A DNA stretch of 63,609 nucleotides, filler included, from Dimorphilus gyrociliatus (taxonomy: Eukaryota; Animalia; Annelida): the NCBI GenBank assembly GCA_904063045.1. It is 5 parts of 5 records of this genome, joined end to end, with 100 filler letters (N's around TTAATTAATTAA, not from the genome) between each part and the next. Parts side by side here need not be neighbours in the genome. Positions count along the whole stretch, not along the records: positions 23,259 to 49,720 come from CAJFCJ010000155.1; positions 49,821 to 57,368 come from CAJFCJ010000247.1; 3 more parts are not named here. The stretch is one strand, 5' to 3'. Position numbers and translations under genes: made by a program. Positions 37,781-50,789 of the stretch are shown here, piece after piece. The notes under the pieces are model-generated. The model searched no databases and had not been told where the DNA came from. It saw only the letters and a list, made by a program, of their open reading frames with translations. Position 1 is the stretch's first letter. The number at the start of each line of letters is the position of its first letter.

Positions 37781-38456
37781 AGATTCTCTTATTTGTTATT
37801 AAAATGACTCTTCTAAATATTAATGCTCTTGAAGTTGAGTTGCTATTTAAGATTTTTTCCTTTCAAATATCTTCATAAAAATACTTGTAAAAATCTTGTG
37901 AATGTTTTTCCAGATTTTCATCACTGAAACTTCACAGTTTGACTATCTCCAATAACCCAATAACCCAATAAAAAAATACTAACATTACTTGCTCCCCTCT
38001 AATAATTTTTGCTAATAAGAGCAACACATAGAATTAACTTTGTTCAAAATTAAGCACTTGACCTTGACAAAGGGACGGTGTTCATATGTATATATGTGTT
38101 GATAAAAAAGAAAAAAATAATGGTATAATAATAGTAATGGTATACTCATCATTTTGCAAACACAAACTATGCTAGATAGGCTTATTTATAGTGTATGAAA
38201 TATCATATATAGCATATCTATAAATATATTATTACGCATTATAGCTTTAGATTACAACATTAACATAGTCTAACTAAACAACAACTTTGCTATTCTAGTT
38301 AAAAGCTTTAGCCATTGAATTATTAGATGTTTGGTTACTTCTCATTTACACAGCAAATGTTGATTCTATATCTATAGAATATACTTAAACTATAAACATA
38401 TTGTGTTCAGTTCACACTGGAAATCCTTCTTTTATGTCTACACTTTGTGTTTTACA

Positions 38457-39187
38457 ATGAACTACTTAAATGAAACTTTTAGGTTATCGACAACATCATC
38501 ATTACCACCATCTACTGATAAACAAATCAATTGGGATAATAATCTTCTTAGAGCAATAATTTCTTTTTTGTTTATTATAGCAATATTTTTAAATTGTATT
38601 GTAGTTTTTACATAAATAAAATATGAAATTGTAAAAGAGACTGTTGCAATATTCATACCTGCATTAGCAGTGTGCGATTCGATATCAATAATATGGTTTT
38701 TTATACTTAAAATTTTGGGAAAATCTGCCTATCCTAAAAATTTCACACCTATTATTTGTATCTTAATAAGTTTAAGCAATGCAATCCTGTATGCTGACGC
38801 TCAGTTTCTGTTATTATTTGTATTTATATATAGAAATATCCATTTCAATTTCAAAAATATTTTGCTCCAAAGAGATTATTATTAATATTTTTATGTATCA
38901 TTACAACTTCCTTTGCGATTTGTATGTTCCCATCTTATATTGCACTTTTGGGATATGGAAACAGAAATTCTTGTAGAGGATATTTTAGCTTTCCTCCTGA
39001 ATATTTTCTCATTTATGGTGGAGTTTTTCTACCCCTAATTTTTGGAGCTGTAATCTTGCATATTAAAACTTTAAAAATTGCTAAATTACATGCTGGTAAT
39101 ATGAAAATCCAATCTCAAAAAGTTAAAAATCTCAAAAAAAAGAACTTGATGAAATTGAAAAGGCATATTTCACCTGTCATAGCATAG
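38457..39187 (+). pseudogene. Class A GPCR pseudogene (TM1-TM5)
   Basis: N-terminal glycosylation sequon, IAIFLNCIVV (TM1), ALAVCD (TM2), further TM segments; in-frame stops at about 38613 and 38883. Confidence 0.7.
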
Positions 39188-40599
39188 ATAATTAATTTAC
39201 GTTGACTCTGCTCTAAAATTGTATTCAACATTCATTGACATTTTGGAATTTAAATTGTAAATAGTATTAAAAATTGGTAATAAAATTGAACTTAAAAGAA
39301 TATATAGTATATGTTAAGATTGGTGTAAAACTAAATTATTAAAGTTCCTTTTTAAAAGAATTTTGTATAGAAAATTTCCATTTTGCTTTGAAATCTGATC
39401 ATTATTATTTTTTGAGTGAATTTTAATTGTTTTTAAAAATATACTATATAAAAAATATACTGTACAAGAGTGTCTAAGCCTGTGTGACCTGGACAGACAG
39501 GTACTTATATTGTTTTATATGTCGAAACGAACATGGTAAATTTGGATACGGATTAGTGAGATTAAAGAAAGAAGGTAATTTTTAATCCACGATATCTATT
39601 ATCAGCATTTAAAGTTGACAATACTTGTTCTACAGAATTTTTAAACGCTTGAATAAGCATCTGTTAAAATTTAATAATTAAACATTTTCCAATATTCTTT
39701 CACTACAAACTTGAATAGTAAAAATCGTTTGAATGTCAGTTTGAAAATTTATGCAGTAATTATTGTTTTTAATTGTTGTTTGAACAGTTGACGTTTCAAT
39801 TAATTAACGCATTATGCGTAAATAAAGATGGTGAATTGGTATTATTTGTGCCCTTCAGTTCATTATGTATGCTCTTAGAAAACTGTAGACTTAACTCAAT
39901 ACCATTTAATACGAATGCTTAACAATATCATGGTGCACTAAGTACGCACAATACTATTTTATGCATACCAAAGTGCGTGCGCATGTTAAATTCTTACAAT
40001 TTAACATCACAAATTTAGTATTAATTATAGAATTGTATTTGTGATAATTTAACTACTTATGAACATTTATAGAAGAATTTAAAGTTTTCTCTACCCCTTA
40101 TTGAATAATGATCCATCTTTAGCCATAATTTAAAAAATTTCAATACAAAAAATGTTAATTGATTTTCATGAAATTTAAACACTTCAGATTTTGAATCATG
40201 TATTAAAAAAGAAAATTGTTGATCGAGTTTTATTTCCATATAAATTATAGCTGTAGAAAAAAATTCAAGTTCAAGTTTTTGAGTGGAAGATGATGATAAT
40301 TGTTTAGTTTATGAAATATTTTTCCAGTAACTCTTTTCCCGAATGTGGATATCTTCAATAGTAGTTTGTGAAAAGGGGAAGGAATTGAATTAAAACTAAA
40401 TTGTATCTAAACTAACAAGAATTTATAATAAATGCAAAAATTAAGAAAAGAAAAAAATAATTCTCATTTGAATTATACCACTGTAATAATAATATTGTCC
40501 AACTTTCGTTACATTTTATGCTTAAACCATATGATTATATGCAACTTGCAAGTGCCCTTAAAACCTATGCAAGAAAGTGCAATAGCATTTGGCCAAACA

Positions 40600-40840
40600 T
40601 AGATCTTGATTGGTCATATTTTCTAATCTAGCCTACAGCCCAGATCGTGCTCTCTCAGAAGATTTAAAAGTTCATTGATCTATTCTGCGAATTAAAAGAC
40701 TATTTTTGTCGGCAAAACTATGAGAATAATGATGAATTGAAAAAGGCAATAACAACATTTTTTAAAATTCAAACCGCTTGAATACCTCCCCAAAAGAGAT
40801 TAATCAATTCCCACAAAATGGCAAAGCGTAACAATATTTC
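40600..40840 (+). mobile_element. mariner transposase C-terminal relic
   Basis: AYSPDRALSED..LFCELKDYF..YENNDELKKAITTFF resembles PYSPDLAPSD..LF..LK..F....EL. Confidence 0.55.
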
Positions 40841-42278
40841 AGAATACACAGTTAAAAAGACATTCAATATTTAAGAAAAAACATATTATGTATATTTTTA
40901 GGGCTGTCATGGAAAGCGTCCACAAAATTGTGGGAAAAATAAACAAATGTGCATATGAAGTAATCAATAGAAATCCCAACTTGATACCAAATCTCTATGC
41001 TGGGAAGGGAAGTAGGATAAGCAAGTGTATTGAAAGAGAGGGCAATCAAATTCAGAAATGACAAAAATATTCAGTAGAAATACTAAATTTTGTGAACATT
41101 TTAATATAACATATTATGCAATGGATTGAAATCTAAGCGCCTTTGATAGGATTGCAGACAGTGCAGTAGAAGATGGAAGTGAGCTCACTTAAAAAGGGGA
41201 AGTAAAACGAGATGATTCATTTGATAATGGAAGAGAAGAATGGTGGAGGGAGAAGAAATCACGGCTGAATTAGGCTATGGTGATTGTGAAATATATCTTT
41301 ATTCTACTTTGGAACAAGATCCAACATCAAATGTCAAATATTCTTTAATACGTTCAAGTTGACATCTTTTGTCTTGTTCCTATGGTAGAATGATAGAAGA
41401 TAAACTTTGTTTTCAATCCCAGTAGTATCAGTGAAGGAAGATAATTGCTTTGTAGTTTTCTTCAGGGTCTCTTGTTTAACATTGATTTGAAGTGCATGAA
41501 GTTGACTTTCCTTCTTTCTTCTACTTGAGGAGACTGGATGAGTTTCATTCCCAAAATAGCTTTTTAACTGTGTATTATTTTTCCTTGAAGAGGTTTTCTC
41601 ATGCACTGAAAATGTAATAATTTTCATTGACTGGAACATGATTAGCCAAGTAGAAGCAGCAGTACAACACTATAAATCCTTATTTTTGCTGAAAATTGAA
41701 AATTTTAAGATTTGTATTCCAAACATCCTTCGAATTGTTTGGAAAAAGCTATATCAGGATTATTATATTTAATAATTTTTAATTTTTAATTTTTTAAAAA
41801 AAACAAAATGTAGTAATCCTATTTCTAATTTACATTTAAAAAAATGACAAAATTAGTGGACAATATATATCAAAAAGGCTTGTAATTTTTATAGTGCCAT
41901 TTTCAATTATTGGAACATTTTCAAATATATTAAATTGCTCTGTTTCCCGGGTAAAAGTAAAAAGAGTATATTGAAGAATTTTTTTGAAAGAATTTTTCTG
42001 CAGGATTTTTTTAAATGTACATAAAACTTACTGTCTCAATACTGGACAAAACATCCCCTATTTTGCATTTTCACATTAACCCTAACCCAACTATGGGTAA
42101 AGCTATTTCTGCCTTTTTGTCCCTAACGTTCAGTTTGACTTTTTAGTCAAAATTTGAATGAAATGAAAGACTAAAATGAATGAAATTGAATTTTTCCTAA
42201 CCATGAAAAGACCCTAAGCCTAACTCTAAAGTCAGGGGACGTTTTGTCTCGACCCCTTAAGGTACTAAGTACAACATT

Positions 42279-42780
42279 TTAGCTTTTAGATATTACAATT
42301 GTAAATGTGATATTTGGTTAATTTTCCACACAACATGCATAATGTTTTACATTACGTCTACCAGTAGTTTTAATAATTCTCTATTTTCCATGGTAGTTAC
42401 TAAAGTCAATATTTTCCATATTATTATAAAGATTTATATCTATCTGATTTCCATGATAAGTCCACGAAGCGTATTTAAAATAACAATGATATTTTCCTCT
42501 TATGCTATCCAACGAACATCTTACCTTTGAAAAATAGATAGACTGTAAATGATAAAAGATAATAACCAAGTTATAAGATCTCTATTAATTTCAACAACAT
42601 CAGTTAAACCTAATCCTAAAGAAACATTACCATTCTGAAAAGAGAATACATCTTTCTGATATTCTCGCAATAAATCAGTAAATAATCTAGCATTATCTTC
42701 ATATTTCCTAGAATTAATATTCTTCAATTGAAGCAGAAGAAAGAAGAAAAAGAAGAGAAACTCAGAGTGAATAGGAAATC
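42279..42780 (-). pseudogene. Cys-loop receptor ligand-binding domain ending without TM segments (AChBP-like), disabled
   Basis: EDNARLFTDLLREY..VSLGLGL; CSLDSIRGKYHCYFKYASWTYHG..IDFSNY; K*RII..RRNVKHYACCVEN*PNITFTIVISKS* (vicinal CC in loop C); two nonsense codons and an internal deletion. Confidence 0.8.
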
Positions 42781-43300
42781 TGTAGAAGCAGAGAAATATA
42801 TATTGATAAGAATGGCACTCGTATTTTGAAAATATTATCGGTTCTAAATTTTTGTATAAGGAGAAATTTTGTTTATATATTTGTGTGTAGAAGATAATTA
42901 AAGCAATGATTGGGATAATTAGTTCATCATTATAAATCATCAATTATTAGTGTTATTGTATTAAAATCCAACAATAAAAGACATTATGCCATATTTAATA
43001 TAAATAAATATAATTTATATATTAATTTAATATTGTTTGTTGCTTTAAGTAATCATTCTGTAAACTAGTTCTGATCTCCTGCAAATCTTTAAATCGGCGT
43101 TTTGTTACAAGTCGACAGTTGTCTTGTTTTTTCAATATTAATTTTCTTTTATCAATTTGGATCGTATTTTCCAAAACCTAATTTAAGGATATTGGGATTA
43201 TTCATGTTCATTTTCGATCAATTTTAAGCATAAACACTTGGTGATAATCAAAGAAAATATAAAATTATTCTTCTACCTTTTGGATTTAAAAAATGTTAAT

Positions 43301-43495
43301 TTAAACGTCGACTTCGTTCCATAATTCTGGTTTCTTTTCAATAAAATATTTCATCAATGTAACGCCTTCTTCCATGTTTAACTTTATAACTTTAACGCCT
43401 CTACTTTCAAGAAGTTTCTCTTCCGCATAAAGTTTATATTTTCGGGTAAAATCACACTCAGAATTCTATAAAATAGAATATCGCCTGTACATAAA
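43301..43495 (-). pseudogene. Microbial cytosine/nucleoside deaminase (FCY1-like) C-terminal half
   Basis: LCTGDILFYRILSVILPENINFM-fs-EEKLLESRGVKVIKLNMEEGVTLMKYFIEKKPELWNE matches MC.GAIL.Y.I..V..GEN..F.GEE.LL.SRGV.V..L....C..LM..FI...PELWNEDIG. Confidence 0.8.
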
Positions 43496-46400
43496 GAGGT
43501 TGTGCTAAAATGAGATTGCTAATTTTGCTGTCATTGTTTGAGAATTCCGTTAAATAACCTTTGGTAATAAATCTAGAACTGTGACTAAATATCCAAACAA
43601 TACTATTGATTTAGAAGTATAAATCTAATCACACGAAAATAAATGATCGCCATTATGTCAAAAGGGTTTCTTCTCTAAAATAACTACCTACAAAAAATCT
43701 GTTTAAAAACAATATTATTAAAAAATTTTTCTTTGTTGTCTTAGACAACTTAGATGGCTTTGTGTAATTATAAATAAGAGGATTGACAAGAAAATTTGTA
43801 AAAAACAAGTTAATAGAATCCATAAAAAAACTCCTAAATATTTATAGAGTGGTTAGAGAGAGCTCTTATGGTCCTTCCTTCGATTTTGAATTGATTCATT
43901 CTAAAAATTACTTTTCTGTCTTTACATATTGGAATATATAATAAGATGCTAACTACAGCATTTGGTGAAACACTAATAAATGTCCAAAAGTACAGGCATG
44001 AAACGGGAAGAATATCTAAAATATAGCATACATACGTAACATTTTCCTTATAAACAGTCTCATAAAGAGAGCAGGGACAATACAAATGTTGAATAACCAT
44101 ATGGTCTTAAGCAAGTAAGATAAACTTTTCAAATGTAATTAAAGTTAATGTAAAAGATTATACTGCAATAATTAAAAAAACGGATTGAGTCAGAAAAAAG
44201 GCAATTGAAAAAACTTAAAAAGAAAAATTTACCTTTTTCTTTTTCTCTCTTCTCTTTTGCCAAAAAAAGAAGAAACATCAAGTTTACTTATTTTCTCAAT
44301 GTATTAGGTTTTTTATTTTTTATTTAGTTTTTTTTTGACAGGAGAAAAGCCAGGGAACAGTGTGAAGCATTAAACATGCTTTTCAATAATCAAGCCAATC
44401 AGATTTGTTTTTAGCTACAACATTTGAAGCAGTTATTTTCGGTAATTATTACCAGGATGAAATATGAATTATCTTAAGAGTGAAATTTGCTCATGAAATA
44501 TTGTTACTTCAGATAAAAAGAAAATTGATCAAATATTACTTGTTGCTGTTAATATGTAAAAGTTGCAAGTTAGATAGGTCAATTTGATTTCCCTCTTTTT
44601 TTCTAATTCTAAATTTCTCTTTAATTCTACTACAAAAGAAGATTTTGTCCTTTAGAAGATACTGGAGTGCTTTTCAAGAACAAGGTGAACGGTCATCGTG
44701 AATAAAAGGACAGATCACAAACCACTCATTTTGTTGCACTGATAAGTTCTCACTTCATATGTAAACCATTAGCTGAAATGGTCGCGTCAAAAAGTCGTTT
44801 TTATGTGATTGTTTTAAATTGGAATGCCTCTCCAAAAAAATTACTTCAATTTTTTCTTTAAAAAAATTTTGTTATCTCTTACATATGACCTACATTCTAT
44901 TCACTCACCTTCGACCTCTGTTCAATCATCTTTTTTAATTCCACTGTCCTTAACGAATTCAAAATGCTATAAAAAGTTTCTTTTATTAAATAGATATGTT
45001 AATGTTAGTTAATTGAACAAGACTATAAAATTTTGATATTGTTTTGAAAGAAATTCTTTATAAAAAAATTTTTCTTTAAAAAGCATTTAGAAAAATAATT
45101 AACTTCATTCTGTGTTTTTCGATAAAATTACTACCTAAAGTAAAATGACTAGTTTAGTTACAAAATCAGAAAAAGCCTTTTTTATTCTTCTGTCAACATC
45201 GTTAACAAATTTATGGAAATTTCATGGATAATAAAAATTTTGTAGTATGAAGGATTTTCAATTTGCGATATTTTTACCATCTAAGTTAGACCATACGAAT
45301 GTTATGAAAAATCCTCTTGTTCTCTGTCAATTTTTCTAGAAGTATAAGAAAATAGACATTTACTAAATATCAATCTTTAATTTCATTTCATTCTATTGAG
45401 TCTTATTGAGAATAAATTTACATTCAAGTTTGACAGAGTATATTCCATGAGAGGTATACGAAAATTTCAGGAGTAGAGTTCTAGAAAAGTTTTCATACAT
45501 GAATAATAATGTAGATTTCGAAATAATTAGTTTATTATAATATTATAAAACATATTTTCCAACAAAAATTATTATTAAACTAGTAAAAATAATGTCATTA
45601 GATATTTTTTTCAAAATTCGTCTACGTCTAACCAATATTAAAACATACTCTTTTCATTACTTAGTATTTTTCTAGAATGCACATATGTAAATTTCTGTAC
45701 ACCCAAAAATATTCTTCAGCAGTTAAGCACCATTTAGCGTATTTTAATGTAAATTATTATAATAGATAACTTTTTTAATTGAACTGTTTGGATTACTCTG
45801 GAAATATTTTTGCGTTTTAAAAAATACATTGTTCTTAATTTCTCTTAAGTGAGAGAAAAAAAGAAAGCCTTCAGAAACTCTTGCCTCTTATATTTAAATT
45901 AAAAAATATCGTTACAAAAAATCTGGAGTTTTCGGTTTAAGAAAATTGATAGTCACAACTTTTATTGACTGAAATACAACAAATCGTCAATTTTATAGAC
46001 AATATTAACGAAATCACTGTCTATTACTGATCATTTGGAGTCTATCTAAATACTAAACCAATTTTTGATATATCTTCCCATCATACACGAAAAAGTTAAT
46101 TTTTTCAAGAAAGTGTTATTCTTAACACGTTTAATAAAGCTTTTCTTTTTAATTTGATCGTTCATTATTTTTAAATGAATGCTATATTTATATATCAATC
46201 GTTATCGAATATTAAATGCTCTAATTTTCATTAAATTAAAAGCTTTTATCGAAAATATCATTCATGTAATTAACTGTAATCATTAAAAAATATAAATCTT
46301 TTACTAGTCCTATTATCATTTTCTATTAAAAGATTCTTTTTCGGTTTTAGGTTTGAAAAATTTCAAGGTTAAAATATAAACAATTTTTCTATATTTCTTC

Positions 46401-46807
46401 TTTTGATAGTGTGGGTATTTGTCCAAGGATTTTAAGTTTTAAACAGATTTTCAGAAAATTTTGCAATGTTTTTTTGGTTTTTTTTTCTTAAGATTGAAAT
46501 TTTAATGCATATTTTTAATAAATTTTTTGTATTGAGTGAAAAATTGATTGTTAATTACTGTAATGGATAAACACATACTTCAACGCAATTTTTGTTGATT
46601 TTTGCGCAGATTTTTATCTGATTCAATACAAACAACTGCGTTGAGGCGATAGATGCTAAATTCAAAATCTGAGCATTTCTATTAAGGTAGGAAAAATTTT
46701 TTATATATTTTGCCCACACTTTCATGTATTTCCTAGTAATTTTCTTAAATGTTGTGTACACTATGCACTCTCCTTTTATTTAAAACTTTTTTATATTTTT
46801 AAAAATA

Positions 46808-48460
46808 CAGTCCGCGACAGAAGTTTTCATACATAGAAAAAAAACTTTTTTTTTTTTCAAAAAATTGTTTTTCTCTATTTTTAAGGAATAGAATTATTTT
46901 CTCTTAAATAGAATTATGTTGTTTAAAGGTTATTTTATATAATTTCATACAATATTTCTTTTTTTCACCTTTCTAGAACATATTTTTTTTTTATTTTAGA
47001 CAACATGTATTTTTTTGCAATAATCCTATATAATTTAAAATGCGCCATAAGTATCCGTATAGGGATGTTTTTTGTCTAAAAAACTTATAAAACATTCGAA
47101 TTTCGAACAATTACATTTTAGAAGACAAATCCTTAAAATTATTTTTTAAGATGAAGTATCATCCACAAATTAGAGAGCTGGCAAGACGAAAAAAAACAGA
47201 GATGACCTATGACAGGCTTTCAGTTGACCTGAATATCCCTAGGTCATCTCTGCAATACATTTGCAGGGAGAGAAGGGAAGAACAACCTAAAAGAATGGGT
47301 AGACCTTCAAAGGTAAGTGAAAGAGTGAAAAATCTTATAAAAAGAGAATGCTGAAGACTACGAGAAAAAAAAGAGCTTGCAACCTCCAGCAAAATAAAGA
47401 GAAATTTAGGGCTGGAAATCTCAAAAAGGACCATTCAAAGGATCCTGAAAGAGAATGGAGCAAGCTACATGCCTATCCCCAAAATTTGCCCTTTAACAGC
47501 AAGGGCCAAAAGAACTAGGTTCGAAGTTGTAGGTAGATGGGTTCAAGAACAAAATCAATTTTAACAAAGTGATATTTACTGATGAGTCCAGATTTTCTCT
47601 GGATGGCCCAGACCATATGCTAACCTGGCAATTGGATGATCATCCAAGACTGTATAGGGATAAGCTCCCTGTTGGTGGAGGAGTGATGGTGTGGGGGTGT
47701 ATATCCTCAGATGGTGAAGTTTTCATCCAAAGACTTCCCTCTAACATCAATGGAGAAATTTACTCTGAATTTATTCAGGGGACAGTTTTTCCAATGTTAA
47801 GGGAAAAATTTGGTGAAGACTTCATCTGGCAGCAGGACAATGCACCCCTGCACACTGCCAGAGTAACAAGAGATACACTGGAGGAAAACAGAATACAAGT
47901 CCTTCCTTGGCCTCCATATTCACCAGATCTAAACCCCATTGAAAATTTATGGGGCTATTTAAAACAAAACATTTATGAAATTGACAGATGTCAATCACTC
48001 AATGATTTGTGGGACAAAATTCTATTAGAGGTGGAAAAATTAAATAGAGATAATAGACAATATGTTAAACATTTATACAAAAGAATGGGAGAAAGAGTTT
48101 GGCAAGTTGTTGCCAACAAAGGTGACAGGATTGGAAAATAACTTAAATACCTTGACAAAAAATAGAAATTTAGCAAAAAAAACGATGTCAAGCTAATTAA
48201 TTAAGCTTATATTAAAACTTATGGTGCATTTTTTTCCTCTTAATTTTAAAGATAAATAAACATTAGATTTAAAAACATATTTTTTTTAGTAAAAAAATAT
48301 TTTTTTCAGCAAACCAAATCCAAAGTTTCATTTCAAACATATTCTTCAACAAATATTTACAAAAAAACCCGAAAAATTCCTAATAGAAATAAAAAAAGAG
48401 CTCTTTTATCAAAAGAAAATTTAATTTTTTTCCATATATGAAAACTTCTGTCGCGGACTG
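46808..48460 (+). mobile_element. Full-length Tc1 element (1653 bp), DD34E, TA TSD; transposase 47151-48141 with one nonsense codon and one frameshift
   Basis: Perfect 24-bp TIR cagtccgcgacagaagttttcata at both ends flanked by TA; FTDESRF, QQDNAPLH, SPDLNPIENLW with 34 residues between the second D and E; TGA at 47352; frameshift near 47555. Confidence 0.96.
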
Positions 48461-49720
48461 TATATTCAAGTTTTTTTTAGATTATTTTTATTAAAAGCAT
48501 TAACCAAAAAGTGTTAAATAAGTTACGTTTGTAATAGCCAGCAAAGGGCCCATGTATCTTTTAAAAACGTAACATTGTAAAAATCCCACCAGGTGGCCCT
48601 TGGTGTACGTTCAGTAGCTGAATTGTCTTTACCGTTGCAATATATGTCGTTAAGATATATGTTTCACGGTAACTATTAAAATAAAGTCCTTTTTCCTACT
48701 TTATTCAAAAAAAAGTATTGTCAGTTTTTGTCAAGAAAGTTTACTTCATAAAATTACTTCTTAGAGTAACCATTCTCCACTATGACGTTTTATTGATACA
48801 ACAAAGACTAACTCTGTAAATTTTTTGCAAAAAAATATATGTATAAGTTTATAAGTATGTAAATACTTGTGTAAAGGTGTTTCCTTTTTTTTATAAGATA
48901 ATCAATCTATTTGTAAATTCATAAAAATGAATTTTACAACTAAATATATATAATTATATGTTTAATTGATGAAGTATAAATTTATGTGGTAGAAAACGGC
49001 CATTAGTCTAACGTCTTTGTGTATATCAATTGAAATCTTATTCTTTCTAGTGAAAAAGCTAAAATGCTTGTGTTTTGTTTATGGCCGCTTCAACCAGTCA
49101 AAACACTGTTAATATGATAGTAATTATAGTTCTGGTTTGATTGAACATTTTCTATTGAATGAGATAAAAAAATGCAATTGCTGCTGAGTGGACGATAATT
49201 ATATAAAATGTATATAAATGTACAGATTATCAGATCTGTGTTTACGTTATATAGTGCCAGCATACTTTTAAAACCTACCTGCATGTTGCATGTCTTTTGC
49301 ATATATTCTGGCATTCATTTAGAGAAATTTCTTTAATTGAAGTAATTACTCCCGAATTTGATTTTTTCTCAGAAATTTTGACAAGGGTATCTGTTTATTT
49401 AAATGTATTAATATGCTGTATATTTTCACTCACTTATATAACATACAAGTAGTTTCTTGAGCTTTCTCTGCTGAAAAGTAAAAAAATACATTTTTCATTG
49501 TTTAAGCATTAACAGATAATTAATTTCTTACTTTCTTTTTAAAAAATAATTTTCTTTTTTTTTTAAAATATTTTATATCGTACTCACAACAATTTTGTTT
49601 CCAACTGTTTTGAGGAAAGGCAGTTGTATTTAATTCACATGAATCCCATTTGTCATTTATGTAACATAGGCCTTCAGATAGCATATACGATCTATTGCAA
49701 ATTAAAATGTTAAAAAAGAT

Positions 49721-49820
49721 NNNNNNNNNNNNNNNNNNNNNNNNNNNNNNNNNNNNNNNNNNNNTTAATTAATTAANNNNNNNNNNNNNNNNNNNNNNNN
49801 NNNNNNNNNNNNNNNNNNNN
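49721..49820. other. Artificial contig linker
   Basis: N44-TTAATTAATTAA-N44. Confidence 0.98.
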
Positions 49821-50400
49821 GAGACATATATTTTCCACGGCTTGCAAGTTGGTAAAGAAAACAGTCAGTATTGACTTCACGGTAGCCATGTGAGTTAGAG
49901 GTATGCAATTTTAATCCTGACTCATCACAAAATAAGATTTCCCTATTATTGAATAAGGCAAAATTTGATGCATATTCGATAACGTTCTCATTGTAGGGAT
50001 CAGTTAGTACCGCTTTGGATCTCTTCTTGATCCTCTTTCGAGTTAACCCTGTTGATTTCACCGTTCGACAAGCTGTTGAGCTCGAGGCATTGATCCCTTT
50101 TTCTGCCAATATTTCACGAGCGCCTTTCTGAGTTGTGAATTGTCACTGCGAAATACGGCACTTACACTGTCTTGAACAGAAGTGGAATTTTTCTTCTTAC
50201 CCCTCTTAGGATAGGCTTCGTCGAATTTAATTTCACGTTCCTCATCTACACTCCACAGTTTCCCAATTACCTTGTAAGCGTCATTTAATCCGAGACCTGT
50301 GATTTCCGAAACTTGGGATACTTTCATCCCATTTGATTTGAGCCTCCTGCTCTGCTCGGACAGTTTATTTGTTAATGTTTTCCTTAGGTTTTCATTTGCT
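49821..50400 (-). mobile_element. IS630/Tc1-family transposase N-terminal fragment, frameshifted, cut by the contig end
   Basis: HTH-like region, then ..SSSTACRTVK..LTRKRIK..ILFCDESG..SRGK. Confidence 0.75.
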
Positions 50401-50789
50401 ATTAAGGGGTATGTATAAATTTATTCATTGATAATACTCTTCTATACAATGCTAATTAATATTTTGTGTCTCTCCTATTTTAAAAAATCTTAATTTATTC
50501 TTTACCTGTTTTTCCTCTTAATTTCTAAAATACCCTGTAATAAAAAATTTTGCCAACTTTGAATTTTGAATCCCCCTTCGATCAAAATAATATTTTTGTG
50601 AAAAACGAAGAAATTAATGAGAAAGGTTTATAATCCTTAGAAAAACAAATTTTTTTTATAATCTTTTAAAATAAAAGTATAATTCATTTTAATTGAATAT
50701 TATATATAATAGTTTAATAAAAGCTTCATTTCCATATTTTTTTTAAATAAAAATCTTGCAACTATAAAATTAAAATTTGCATTATTTAC

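Noticed and set aside
44800-46800. Very AT-rich stretch with short ORFs
   Set aside because: No motif, repeat structure or splice pattern detected.
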